DNA of 64,000 bases from an uncultured Aliarcobacter sp. (GCA_963664305.2 CAXXLV010000001.1:320001-384000), one strand, 5' to 3'. Positions 44,567 to 55,455 are shown, counted from the stretch's first letter. Notes: generated by a model from the letters alone, not told the origin. Program-made: numbers and translations.

Positions 44567-45762
44567 TTTAATTTTTTAATATAAACTACGAAAAGTTCTC
44601 TTTCATAATATTTTATACTTATTTTTTCATCATAATTATAAAACTTCTTCATCGATATATAATAATCTTGACCTTGATCTATTCCATAAAATTTTAATCT
44701 TAATAATAAATCATCGTCACCAATTAAATTATCAATATTTCTTTTTTTCAATTCTGCTGAGAGTTCTTTTATAAAATGATATTGATAAACGAAATGTTTT
44801 GTTTGATTTGGTAGTAACATATATAAAGGTTTATTAATAAATGTTAATATTACATTTATTGACAACATCCCAATAATCAAAATTGCTAATATATTATATA
44901 TTTTTCTAAACTCTTTTAATCTTACTCTGTAAGAGTGTAAAAAAGTTTTTAACATCAAAGGAATAGATATTACTACAAATGGTGCAAAATCTTCAATATA
45001 AACTCTTTGTCTAAAAGATATAATTACAGATAACAATAAAGCAGTTACTGAAATATACCAAGCTAAACTTTTTTCTTTTTGTATTCCTGCTCTATACATT
45101 GTGTAAATAAAATATAAAAAAAGAATAGGTGAAAATATTGTTGCATAAATTGCAACTGTATCAACTAAAAATCCTTTTGGTTTTCCATCAGTTGAAAAAC
45201 CATATATATACATAGAAAGAACAAATAATATTAAAGAAAAATATAAAAGCTTTTTATCCTTTTCTTTTAATGAATAAAAGAATAGAGCTAAATATAAAAT
45301 TGCAAATGAATTATCAATAATAAAAAATATAATTAATAATATATAAGAATGTCTATTTTGTTTTTTATAATAATATACATATAAAAGGGTACAAAAAGTT
45401 ACTATTATTGCACTATTAACTAATAATGATGCACTAATAACTCCTGGTAACATCATAAAAATCAATATACCAAGAAATCTATCTTTTTCATATTTAAAAT
45501 AATTATCTGTAATTTGATACATCAAAACTACACTTAGAAAATAAAAAAGTATAAATGGTAATCGTAAAGCTATATCATTTTGCCCAAAAAAATAGATGGA
45601 TGTATTTGTAATAATTGTTAGAATTGAATTATTTACAAATACATTAAGAGCTTCTTTATATGAAATACTAAGTGATAAATCTGCTTTTAAAATTAGAACA
45701 CATACTAATATAAATAATATAGTGTAAAAATAGTAGCTATATTTACCTGTAGTAGTCATCAT
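44563..45762 (-). CDS. Polytopic membrane protein, possibly GT-C (ArnT/PMT-like) glycosyltransferase
   Basis: About 10 TM segments; FGQNDIALRLPF resembles the ArnT/PMT FG...RLP loop. Confidence 0.55.
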   Translation of the reverse strand: MMTTTGKYSYYFYTILFILVCVLILKADLSLSISYKEALNVFVNNSILTIITNTSIYFFGQNDIALRLPFILFYFLSVVLMYQITDNYFKYEKDRFLGILIFMMLPGVISASLLVNSAIIVTFCTLLYVYYYKKQNRHSYILLIIFFIIDNSFAILYLALFFYSLKEKDKKLLYFSLILFVLSMYIYGFSTDGKPKGFLVDTVAIYATIFSPILFLYFIYTMYRAGIQKEKSLAWYISVTALLLSVIISFRQRVYIEDFAPFVVISIPLMLKTFLHSYRVRLKEFRKIYNILAILIIGMLSINVILTFINKPLYMLLPNQTKHFVYQYHFIKELSAELKKRNIDNLIGDDDLLLRLKFYGIDQGQDYYISMKKFYNYDEKISIKYYERELFVVYIKKLK

Positions 45763-45765
45763 ATT

Positions 45766-46335
45766 TTATAATTTTAAGAAATTGTCAATTATTTTATATC
45801 CATGTTCACTCATAATTGATTCAGGGTGAAATTGAACACCATAAATTTGTTTATCTTTTATTTCTAAAGACATAATTTCATTATCATCTTCACTATGAGA
45901 AGTTACGATTATATCTTTTGGAAGATTTTCTTTTGAAACAATTAAAGAGTGGTATCTTGTTTGAGTAAACTCTTTTGGAAGTCCTTCAAAAATTTTTGTA
46001 TCTTTATCAACTTTTATTAATGAAGTTTTCCCATGCATCATGTTTTTTGCTCTTACAACATCTGCTCCAAAAACTTGTCCTATTGCTTGATGTCCTAAAC
46101 AAATACCAAAAATTGGTTTTTTACCTGCAAAATATTTAATTACTTCTAAACAAACTCCAGCATCATCAGGAGTTGCTGGACCTGGAGAAATTATAATTTT
46201 TTCAGGATTTAAAGCTTCAATTTCTTCGATGCTCAATTCATCATTTCTAATAATTTTTAAATCTGCACCTAATTCTAGACAATATTGAACTATATTGTAA
46301 GTAAATGAATCATAATTATCAATCATTAAAATCAT
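45766..46335 (-). CDS. Aminodeoxychorismate/anthranilate synthase component II (PabA/TrpG)
   Basis: IDNYDSFTYN, SPGP, GICLGHQ, RYHSL, QFHPES. Confidence 0.96.
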   Translation of the reverse strand: MILMIDNYDSFTYNIVQYCLELGADLKIIRNDELSIEEIEALNPEKIIISPGPATPDDAGVCLEVIKYFAGKKPIFGICLGHQAIGQVFGADVVRAKNMMHGKTSLIKVDKDTKIFEGLPKEFTQTRYHSLIVSKENLPKDIIVTSHSEDDNEIMSLEIKDKQIYGVQFHPESIMSEHGYKIIDNFLKL

Positions 46336-46419
46336 TTTATATCTATTCCTAATTTCTAATTTGTTTTATTATATCCATAAAAGAATTTGTTTATCTTAAA
46401 ATATTGTATATTTATTTTA

Positions 46420-46486
46420 TGATAATCATTCTTAATATAAGACAAATTAAAGTTATTAAAGACTATTATTTCAATAATAATTATTA
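46420..46486 (+). promoter_or_regulatory. Fur box(es) upstream of the iron ABC operon
   Basis: TGATAAT-C-ATTCTTA (46420-46434; 12/14 to the 7-1-7 consensus) and CAATAAT-A-ATTATTA (46472-46486; 11/14). Confidence 0.75.
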
Positions 46487-46508
46487 ATATAGAAAAGAGA
46501 GTTTAGTT

Positions 46509-47516
46509 ATGATAAAAAAATTGACAATAAGTGCAATGGTCTTAGCAACTTCTTTATTTGCAGCAAATGAAGTAAATGTTTATTCTCAAAGACACTATGA
46601 TTCAGATAAAATAATATATAAAAAATTTGAGCAAGAAACTGGTATAAAAGTAAATGTTATTACAGCTCAAGCAGAAGAACTTGTTGCTAAATTAGCAATT
46701 GAAGGTGCAAATACACCAGCAGATGTTTTAATCACGGCAGATATTGGAAATCTATATCAAGCTAAAAAAAGAAATTTATTACAACCTATAGAGTCTAAAA
46801 TATTAAATCAAAATATTCCTGAAAATTTAAGAGACCCTGACAATAATTGGTTTGCCCTTACAAAAAGAGCAAGAGTATTTGTTTATAATCCAAAAACAGT
46901 TAATCCTGCTGATTTAAGTGATTATTTAAGTCTTGCAGATCCTAAATTTAAAGATAAAGTTGTAACTCGTTCTTCGACAAGTGGTTATAATAAATCTTTA
47001 TTGGCTTCAATTATTGCAAACTATGGAGAAGAAAAAGCTTTAGCTTTTGCAAAAGGTTTAGTTGAAAATATGCCTTATAATCCAAAAGGTGCAGATAAAG
47101 ACCAAATTATAGCTGTTGGTGCTGGTGATGCAGATATTGCAATAGTTAATACATATTATTTAGGTGTGATGTTAATTAGTAAGGATAAAAAAGACCAAGA
47201 GATTGCAAAAAGTTTAAAAATCTTTTTCCCTGCACAAAATACAACAGGAACGCATATGAATATCACAGGAGCTGGTGTTACAAACTTTGCTTCAAATAAA
47301 GAAAATGCAATTAAATTTATTGAATATCTAAGTTCAGTAGAAGCACAAGAAATATTTGCAGAAGCAAATCAAGAATTTCCTGTAAATCCAAATGCAAAAG
47401 CTTCTGAAATTGTGCAATCATGGGGAACATTTAAAGAAGATACAATTTCATTAAATGAAGTTGGGAAATATAATAAAAAAGCAATTGAAATAGCGACGGA
47501 AGCAAATTGGAAATAA
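46509..47516 (+). CDS. Fe(3+) ABC transporter substrate-binding protein (FbpA/FutA-like)
   Basis: Signal peptide, YSQRHY, EGANTPADV, VNTYY di-tyrosine iron ligands. Confidence 0.92.
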   Translation: MIKKLTISAMVLATSLFAANEVNVYSQRHYDSDKIIYKKFEQETGIKVNVITAQAEELVAKLAIEGANTPADVLITADIGNLYQAKKRNLLQPIESKILNQNIPENLRDPDNNWFALTKRARVFVYNPKTVNPADLSDYLSLADPKFKDKVVTRSSTSGYNKSLLASIIANYGEEKALAFAKGLVENMPYNPKGADKDQIIAVGAGDADIAIVNTYYLGVMLISKDKKDQEIAKSLKIFFPAQNTTGTHMNITGAGVTNFASNKENAIKFIEYLSSVEAQEIFAEANQEFPVNPNAKASEIVQSWGTFKEDTISLNEVGKYNKKAIEIATEANWK

Positions 47517-49075
47517 ATAGATATAAACGTTACGTTGCTCCATTTATTGGACTATGTATCGCTTCACCAATATTAGCACTATTAATTTATTTCATCCTAA
47601 AAAACGAATTTGACTTTAATTTTCTATTAGGAAAATTAATGGGACAATATATAACTAATACAACAATATTAGTTATTGGTACTTTCTTCTTAGTTTTAAT
47701 CATAGGAACTATTACTTCTTATTTAAGTGCAAGATTTGAATACTTTGGAAGCAAATTTTTCTCTATTTGTTTTATTTTACCACTTGCATATCCAGCTTAT
47801 ATTTTAGGTTATACATATGTTGGTTTCTTTGAATTTAGAGGAATTTTATCAGAGATTGTGGGAAGTAAAAGTGCTAGACTTGATATTTTAAATATGTATG
47901 GAGCAATTTTTATTTTTGGAATTGCAATGTTTCCATATGTTTATGTATTAGCTAAAGTATCTTTTGGCTCAATTTCATCAACTGTTACAGAACTAATATC
48001 TTTACATAAAATAAATCCTATTAAAGCCTTTTTCAAAGTATATTTACCCTTGGCTTATCCAGCTATTTTTGCTGGTTGTCTTTTAGCAATTTTAGAAACA
48101 TTAAGTGATTATGGAACAGTTTTATATTTTGGAATAGATACTTTTAGTATAGGAATATTTAAAAGTTGGTTTGGATATGGAGATTTTATTCAATCAATAA
48201 ATGTTGCAATAATTTTACTTATTTTTGTATTTGGTATTTTATGGACAGAAAGTTTAATTAGAAAAAAATATAGATTTGTAAGTTCAACTTTTAGTGGGAA
48301 AAAAGCACCTAAAATAAAACTTACTGGAAAATACAATTTTTTAGCATTTTTTACATCTTTTATAATTGCTTTAATAACTCTATTTATTCCAACTATTATT
48401 TTAATTTATTGGTTCATTTTAGATATTCATACTTTAGATTTTTCAACATTTCACTATTTATCAAATACACTTACTTTAAATCTTATATCATCTATATGTA
48501 TTATTCTTTTATCATTTTTTGTTGTATATATGCTTAGATTTTATCCATCAAAAATTGGTAATTTTACACATAAATTATCTGTTCTTGGTTATTCTATTCC
48601 AGGAGCGATTGTTGGTATTGGATTATTGGTAATTGCTAATTTTATTGACCAAAGTTTAAATCATGCATTTTTAAATGGTACTTTTTTACTTTTAATTTTT
48701 GCATATACTACAAGATATTTTGCATCAAGTATTGGCTCAATAGAAAATGGTTTTAGTAAAATTGATAGTAGTATTGATGATGCTAGTAAAATATTTGGTA
48801 AAAATGAAATAAGTAATATTTTAAAAGTATATTTGCCATTGATGAAACCTTATATTTTAAGTGGTTTTCTAATTTTATATATAGATATAGCAAAAGAATT
48901 ACCAGCAACTTTAATTTTAAGACCATTTAATTTTGATACTTTAGCTATAAGAATTAGTGAATTAGCAAGTAATGAAATGCTTTATAAAACAGGTTTTCCA
49001 TCTCTTGTACTTGTATTAACGACTGCTGTTGCAGTGTTACTTTTAAATTCTAAATTTGTGAGAAGAAAAATATGA
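47507..49075 (+). CDS. Fe(3+) ABC transporter permease
   Basis: Duplicated TM domains, PLAYPAY, DYGTV, KELPATLILRPFNFDTLA. Confidence 0.92.
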   Translation: MEINRYKRYVAPFIGLCIASPILALLIYFILKNEFDFNFLLGKLMGQYITNTTILVIGTFFLVLIIGTITSYLSARFEYFGSKFFSICFILPLAYPAYILGYTYVGFFEFRGILSEIVGSKSARLDILNMYGAIFIFGIAMFPYVYVLAKVSFGSISSTVTELISLHKINPIKAFFKVYLPLAYPAIFAGCLLAILETLSDYGTVLYFGIDTFSIGIFKSWFGYGDFIQSINVAIILLIFVFGILWTESLIRKKYRFVSSTFSGKKAPKIKLTGKYNFLAFFTSFIIALITLFIPTIILIYWFILDIHTLDFSTFHYLSNTLTLNLISSICIILLSFFVVYMLRFYPSKIGNFTHKLSVLGYSIPGAIVGIGLLVIANFIDQSLNHAFLNGTFLLLIFAYTTRYFASSIGSIENGFSKIDSSIDDASKIFGKNEISNILKVYLPLMKPYILSGFLILYIDIAKELPATLILRPFNFDTLAIRISELASNEMLYKTGFPSLVLVLTTAVAVLLLNSKFVRRKI

Positions 49076-50004
49076 ATGAAATAGTTCAAATAAAAAATTT
49101 GCATAAAGTATTTTGTAAAGGAAATATTTGCGTTGCAAATAGAATTAATTTGTCAATAAATGAAGGTGAGATTTTTACAATCTTAGGTAAAAGTGGAAGT
49201 GGGAAAACTACCTTTTTAAGAATGATTGCAGGACTTGAAACTCCAGATGATGGAGAAATCACTATAAATGAAAATATTGTTTTTTCAAAAAACAAAAATC
49301 TTGAACCAAAAGAAAGAGAAGTAGCAGTTGTTTTTCAAAATTATGCACTATTACCGCATCTTACAATTGCTTCTAATATTACTTTTGGAAGTGATGCTTC
49401 AAAAAAAGAACTTGAAGAAGTATTAGAAAAAACAAAATTAAAAGGTCAAGAAAATAAATTTCCTCATGAATTAAGTGGTGGTCAACAACAAAGAGTTGCA
49501 CTTGCGCGTGCAATTATCAATAAACCAAAAATCTTACTTTTAGATGAACCATTAAGTAATGTTGATACGGAACTTAGAAGTCATTTAAGAAGTGAATTAA
49601 AAGAGATGATTAAATCATTTAATATTACTGCTTTATTCATTACTCATGATAAAGAAGATGCATTTTATCTGTCAGATAGAATTGCAATTATGCATGAAGG
49701 TGATATTTTACAAGTTGGTACATCAAAAGAAATTTATCATAATCCAAATGATTTGTATTGTGCAAATTTTTTAGGAAAAATGACTCAATTGGATAATAAT
49801 AGTTATATTAGACCTGAACATATTGAAATTTGTGATAATGGAGAATTTGAAGCAACTATAAAAGATATCATTTTTTATGGAAGTTTTTATGAAATAAATA
49901 TTTCTACAAAAGAAAAAAATTTATTTCTTCATAGTTTTGATGATAATCTTCAACTTGGTCAAAAAATAAAATATAAGCTTAATGGAAAAATTCTAAATTT
50001 TTAA
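49072..50004 (+). CDS. Fe(3+) ABC transporter ATPase
   Basis: GKSGSGKT, FQNYAL, LSGGQQQR, LLLDEP, TOBE-like tail. Confidence 0.93.
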   Translation: MNEIVQIKNLHKVFCKGNICVANRINLSINEGEIFTILGKSGSGKTTFLRMIAGLETPDDGEITINENIVFSKNKNLEPKEREVAVVFQNYALLPHLTIASNITFGSDASKKELEEVLEKTKLKGQENKFPHELSGGQQQRVALARAIINKPKILLLDEPLSNVDTELRSHLRSELKEMIKSFNITALFITHDKEDAFYLSDRIAIMHEGDILQVGTSKEIYHNPNDLYCANFLGKMTQLDNNSYIRPEHIEICDNGEFEATIKDIIFYGSFYEINISTKEKNLFLHSFDDNLQLGQKIKYKLNGKILNF

Positions 50005-50051
50005 TAAAAAATAAAATAATAAATTTATTTTTTATATTGTAAAATCATTTT

Positions 50052-52331
50052 ATGATTATTAAAAAATTACTTATTATTTTATTATTGTCAATTTTACCCC
50101 TATTTTCAATAGAAAATAAGAAAATTAATTTATATCTTGATTGGTTAAATCAATTTCAATTTGCAGGTTATTATATTGCAAAAGAGAAAGGTTTTTACAA
50201 TAATTACGGTTTTGATGTAAATATAATTGAATATAAACATAACAATATCCCAAATGAAGTAATGAATAATCCAAACTCTTATGGTATTGGAAAATCTTCT
50301 TTAATTATTGATAAATATGATGGAAAGAATATTATTTTATTATCAAGCATATTTCAAAATTCTCCTTTAGTATTAATTAGTCTAGAAAAATCACTTATTA
50401 AAACTCCAAAAGATTTAAAAAATAAAAAAATAATGATTACAAATGATGCAAAAGAAACTGCAGCATTAAAAACATTAATTAGCTCTCAAGGAGTAAATGA
50501 AGAAGATTTAATACTTCAAGAACACTCTTTTAAACTTGAAGATTTATTAAATGGAAAAACTGAAGTTATGGCATCATATTTATCAAATGAACCATATATT
50601 TTAGAAAAAAATAAAATCCCTTATAATGTAATAAATCCAAATGATTATAACTTCAATTTTTATGAAGGTATTTTATTTACTTCTGAAAATGAGTTACATA
50701 CAAACCCTACTCGTGTACAAAATTTTAATGAGGCTTCTTTAAAAGGTTGGGAATATGCTTTTAAAAATATTGAAGAAACTGCAAAATTAATATATGAAAA
50801 ATATAATACACAAAATAAATCTTTAGATGCTTTGATTTACGAAGGAAATGTATTAAAAAAATTATCTAAATTTGATGATGGAAAATTAGGAGATATAAAT
50901 ACTGAAAAAATTGATGAAATCAAAAGATTTTATAACTTTTTAGGATTGAATACAAATAACAATAAATTTGATACAAATTCAATTATTTTAAACAAAACAG
51001 ATGTTATTTTTAACAAAGAAAAGTTAGATTATTTAAAAAATAATCATTTTACTCTTTTAGTTGAAGATAATAAAATCCCTTTTTCTTTTAAATTAACAAA
51101 TGAATTTAAAGGTATAGAAATTGATTTTTGGAATTTAATTTCTGAAAAATTAAATAAACCATTTAATATTGAAGAAGTAATTGACAATAAAATGTTTAAT
51201 ATTTTTTCAAATACGATTAAAGCAAAATTTATTTATAGCTATGAAGATTCAAATAAAAACAATGACTATTTATTAAGTAAACCTATTTCTAATATTCCTC
51301 TTGCAATAGCAACAAAAAATGATAAAAATTTTATAAATTATTTTTCAATTTTAGCAAATAAAAAAATTGCTGTATTAGAGCAATTAAAAATGAAAAATTT
51401 ATTAGAAACTACTTTCCCCAATATTCGTTTTGTTGAAGTACCTTCATCAGAAAGTGCATTTTATAAGTTAAGAAATAATGAAGTTTTTGGTTTTATTGAT
51501 AATATATATTCTTTAACTCACTATATAAATAAAAATCATTTATTAAATATGAAAATAAATTCAACGATAGACTATTCTTTAAAAATGTATTTACAGATTG
51601 AAAAAAAAGACTCTAAATTTTTGGATTTAATTAATAGTGCAATAAACAGAATAACTAAAGATGAAGAAAAAATTATATTAAATAATTATCAACAAATTTT
51701 GTACCATGATAGAATAGATTACATCCAATTTCTGAAATATATTTTACCTCTAGTTATTTTACTTTTAGTATTTGTATTTTTTAATATTAAACTAAAAAAA
51801 GAGATTCATAGAAGAAGAGAAGTAGAAGCTCAACTTCTTAACTTTGCAAATAAAGATAGTTTAACTAACATTTTTAACAGACGCAAGATTGAAGAAATTT
51901 GCGAAAAAGAGCTACTTAGAAGTAAAAGATACGGTACACATTTTTCTATAATATTCTTTGATTTAAATGATTTCAAAATAATAAATGATAAATTAGGACA
52001 TCACATTGGAGATGAAGTTCTCGTAAAAGTTGCAGATATAATAAATAAAAATATAAGAGAAATAGATAGTTTTGGTAGATGGGGTGGAGATGAATTTCTA
52101 ATAATACTTCCTCAAACAAATAAAAATCAAGCAAAAACTATAATCTTAGCACTAGAAAACAATATAAATGATTTAACGTTTAGTTTTAACAATGAGTTAA
52201 AAGTAAGTTGTAGTTTTGGAATAAGTGAATATGAAAAAGGTGATACATTGGATTCATTACTTAAAAAAGCTGATGAATCAATGTATACTACAAAAGCTAT
52301 ATATAAAAAAGAATTAAGTAAAAAAACTTAA
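50052..52331 (+). CDS. Membrane diguanylate cyclase with NMT1/THI5-like and family-3 SBP-like periplasmic domains
   Basis: LDWLNQFQFAGYYIAKEKGFY (NMT1-like), second SBP-like domain (PFSF...GIEID), TM helix, REID I-site and WGGDEF. Confidence 0.88.
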   Translation: MIIKKLLIILLLSILPLFSIENKKINLYLDWLNQFQFAGYYIAKEKGFYNNYGFDVNIIEYKHNNIPNEVMNNPNSYGIGKSSLIIDKYDGKNIILLSSIFQNSPLVLISLEKSLIKTPKDLKNKKIMITNDAKETAALKTLISSQGVNEEDLILQEHSFKLEDLLNGKTEVMASYLSNEPYILEKNKIPYNVINPNDYNFNFYEGILFTSENELHTNPTRVQNFNEASLKGWEYAFKNIEETAKLIYEKYNTQNKSLDALIYEGNVLKKLSKFDDGKLGDINTEKIDEIKRFYNFLGLNTNNNKFDTNSIILNKTDVIFNKEKLDYLKNNHFTLLVEDNKIPFSFKLTNEFKGIEIDFWNLISEKLNKPFNIEEVIDNKMFNIFSNTIKAKFIYSYEDSNKNNDYLLSKPISNIPLAIATKNDKNFINYFSILANKKIAVLEQLKMKNLLETTFPNIRFVEVPSSESAFYKLRNNEVFGFIDNIYSLTHYINKNHLLNMKINSTIDYSLKMYLQIEKKDSKFLDLINSAINRITKDEEKIILNNYQQILYHDRIDYIQFLKYILPLVILLLVFVFFNIKLKKEIHRRREVEAQLLNFANKDSLTNIFNRRKIEEICEKELLRSKRYGTHFSIIFFDLNDFKIINDKLGHHIGDEVLVKVADIINKNIREIDSFGRWGGDEFLIILPQTNKNQAKTIILALENNINDLTFSFNNELKVSCSFGISEYEKGDTLDSLLKKADESMYTTKAIYKKELSKKT

Positions 52332-52342
52332 CTCCCTATTTT

Positions 52343-53929
52343 TTATTCAGAATCTTCTACAGCTCCAACTGGCTCTAAAGCTGCTAAATAATCTTTAAAT
52401 CTTGTTTGACCTAAATTATCAGCTTTGTAATCATTTATTAGTTTTTCAACATAATCAACAACACCTGTAGCTGGAACTTTTACTCCAATTTTTCTTGAAA
52501 GTCTACTTTTACTTGTTCCTTCTAAATTTCCACCTAAAAGAACTTCATAACCTTCAACTCTTTCACCTTCGTGTCTTATCATTCCACCGACAAATCCAAT
52601 ATCAGAAATTTGAGGTTGAGAACAACCATTTCCACATCCTGAGAATGAAATAGTTACATCTTCAATAAATTCTGGGAATCTATTTTCAAGTTCAACAACA
52701 ACTTTTTTTGCAAACTCTTTTGTTTCAGTAATACCAAATTTACAGAACTCTTTTCCTGTACAAGATTGTAATCTTGCTCTAAAAGGAGTTGGTTGATATG
52801 GATATCCTAAAGCTACAAATTCATCAGCTAAAGCTTGAACTACCTCATCTTTAACACCATAAACTACAAAATTCTGAGTTGCAGTTAAAGCTAATCCTTC
52901 AGCATTATATTTTTCACAAATTTCATACATTTTAGCAAAATCAGTTCCTGGAACTCTTCCTGAATTAGTTGCAAAACCAACATAAGAATATCCCTCTTGT
53001 TTTGATTTATTAATTCCAAAATGATTTCTATTTTCAAATGAAGCAATTTTTGGTTCAACTAAACCTTCTTGTAATTTATAACCAATTACTTTTTCAATTT
53101 CATCAACGAATTTTTCAATTCCCCAATCATTTAATAAGTGTCTAACCCTTGCTTTATTTCTATTATCTCTATTTCCATTATCTCTAAAGATTTCAGCACA
53201 TGCAACTGCAACATCTAAAACTTGTTCTGGTTTTACATATCTTGAAGCCCTTGTAGCAATTTGTTTTGATTTTGATAAACCACCACCAATTGTTAAATCA
53301 AATAAAACTTCACCATTATCTGCTTTAAATGCAGTAAAAGCAACATCTTGGATTTCATGAGCTGCACAATGACATTTACATCCACTAATACCTATTTTAT
53401 ATTTTCTTGGGAAATTGCAAAATCTATCATCATTTTTATCAAAGTAAGTATCTACTTGTTTTACAAGTTCTCTTACATCATAAATCTCACCCTCATCAAT
53501 TCCACTCACTGGACAAGTCATAATTGGTCTTGGTCCATCTCCTGAAGCCATTCTTGAAGTTAAACCTGCACCTTCTAATAATTCAAAAATTGCTGGCATG
53601 TCTTTGATTTGGATATAGTGAAATTGCACATTTTGTCTTGTAGTAAAATCAACTAATCCTTGTGCATACTCTTGTCCAATTTGTGCCATAACTTTTAGTT
53701 GAGCTAAATTCATTTTAGTATCAACTATTTTGATTCTTTTCATAAAATATTTTTTATCTTCTCTGCCATCACTATTTACATGAGGATACATTCCATACCA
53801 TTTTAATAAACCAATATATTCATCTTTTAATGGAATACCTTCATTTGCTTCTTTATAAATATCTTCTATAACTCTTAAAGGATTTCTTGAAGCTTTTAAT
53901 TGCTCTAATGCAGATAACTCTTTTGCCAT
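52343..53929 (-). CDS. Ferredoxin-dependent nitrite/sulfite reductase (siroheme, 4Fe-4S)
   Basis: TTRQNVQ, FPRKYK, CTGKEFC and SGCGNGC ligands. Confidence 0.92.
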   Translation of the reverse strand: MAKELSALEQLKASRNPLRVIEDIYKEANEGIPLKDEYIGLLKWYGMYPHVNSDGREDKKYFMKRIKIVDTKMNLAQLKVMAQIGQEYAQGLVDFTTRQNVQFHYIQIKDMPAIFELLEGAGLTSRMASGDGPRPIMTCPVSGIDEGEIYDVRELVKQVDTYFDKNDDRFCNFPRKYKIGISGCKCHCAAHEIQDVAFTAFKADNGEVLFDLTIGGGLSKSKQIATRASRYVKPEQVLDVAVACAEIFRDNGNRDNRNKARVRHLLNDWGIEKFVDEIEKVIGYKLQEGLVEPKIASFENRNHFGINKSKQEGYSYVGFATNSGRVPGTDFAKMYEICEKYNAEGLALTATQNFVVYGVKDEVVQALADEFVALGYPYQPTPFRARLQSCTGKEFCKFGITETKEFAKKVVVELENRFPEFIEDVTISFSGCGNGCSQPQISDIGFVGGMIRHEGERVEGYEVLLGGNLEGTSKSRLSRKIGVKVPATGVVDYVEKLINDYKADNLGQTRFKDYLAALEPVGAVEDSE

Positions 53930-54328
53930 AATTTTCTCCTAAAATTTTAAAACTATATAATATCTCAAAATCATTTTATTTTAGAAATTATATCTTAGAT
54001 TTATAAAAAATAAATTAAATTAATCTTGATTAAAATACTATAGTTTATTTAATGATTAATTTTAGGGCTATCCAATAATAAAATTAATATATTTTATATC
54101 TTTTTTCTTATCATTATTTTCCAATTTTATTTAACAAATAAATTTATTTATCTTTTAATAAGTCCATAAAATAGAGCTTTTAAGGAATAATTTTTCCTTT
54201 AAGTTTCATTTCAGAAAATTTCTTTTTTTTATGGTTTATAATTGCAATATAGAATAAGAAGATAATCTTAGATGATTCATAAATCTTCCTATAAATCTTA
54301 TTCTATCTAAATTTTTCAGGAGAATAAA

Positions 54329-55414
54329 TTGGGTGCTTCATTTACAAATGAGCCAAAAAATTTTGTTCCTTTTCTTGACTTATTAAAACAATTAATAAGA
54401 GTTCCATCAGTTACTGGTGCAGAACACTCTTTTTTACTTTATTTAAAAAGAGAGTTAGAAGAAATAGGTATAGAAACACAATATTATGATGGTCTATTAG
54501 TTGCGCAAGGTAAAAATCCTACCAAAGGAATGTTAAGTGCACATATTGATAGACATGGTGTAATTTGTACAGGACCAAATGAATTTCAATTTGCAGCATT
54601 TCTTGCTAAAAATCGTTCAGATTTAAGAGGAAACTCATTATCAGAACAGACTTATCAATTAATTGCAAAAAGATATATAAATCAACAAGTGCAAGCTTAT
54701 GAACCATGGAGTGGAAGTTATCTAGGAATTGGTAGAATTAATGATGCTTACATGTGTGAAGAAGTTAATAATCTTATTTTTAAAATAGAAGGATTATCAC
54801 ATTTACAACCAGGAACACCTATTGCATTTAGTGATAAGTTAAAAAGAGATGATGATTTAATATCAGCGCAACTTGACAATGTAATTTCAGCAGCAATTAT
54901 AATTTATTTATATCAAAATGGTTTTCAAGGTACAGCATTTTTTACTGCTCAAGAAGAGGCTGGTAAATCTTGGAGATACGTATATGAATGGTTTAGAAAA
55001 AATAATGTGACAACTAATGAATTATTGGTTTTGGATACAAGTCCTTATGATACAAGAGTTGAGGCAGATGTTCAACAAGTAGTTTTAAGAAATAGAGATG
55101 CAAATGCAAAATTTAAATCTCCTGTTTTAAAACAGCTTAAGAATTTTTGTCATAAAAATGGTATTAATTTCTCATGTAAAGATAGTTTTATTCAAGAAAA
55201 AAATAAAATTAGAAAAGAAAAAGGTTTACCACTATTAACTTTAGGAAGTACAGAACTAGGAAGAATAGTAATGGAATCTAAAGGAACAATTCAAGGAACA
55301 ACATTACAAATACCAACAACAGGTTATCATACAGTTGAAGAAACAGCATCAATAAAATCGGTTAAAACGATTTTACATATCTTAAGCAGTTTATATATTG
55401 ATAAAAGTGCTTAA
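54329..55414 (+). CDS. M42/M28-family metallopeptidase-like hydrolase
   Basis: AHID, LDN, QEE, LD, YHT metal ligands; TTG start after AGGAG. Confidence 0.8.
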   Translation: MGASFTNEPKNFVPFLDLLKQLIRVPSVTGAEHSFLLYLKRELEEIGIETQYYDGLLVAQGKNPTKGMLSAHIDRHGVICTGPNEFQFAAFLAKNRSDLRGNSLSEQTYQLIAKRYINQQVQAYEPWSGSYLGIGRINDAYMCEEVNNLIFKIEGLSHLQPGTPIAFSDKLKRDDDLISAQLDNVISAAIIIYLYQNGFQGTAFFTAQEEAGKSWRYVYEWFRKNNVTTNELLVLDTSPYDTRVEADVQQVVLRNRDANAKFKSPVLKQLKNFCHKNGINFSCKDSFIQEKNKIRKEKGLPLLTLGSTELGRIVMESKGTIQGTTLQIPTTGYHTVEETASIKSVKTILHILSSLYIDKSA

Positions 55415-55455
55415 TAAAAATAAAGAAATATATTAATTTAGAGGAATTTGAAATT

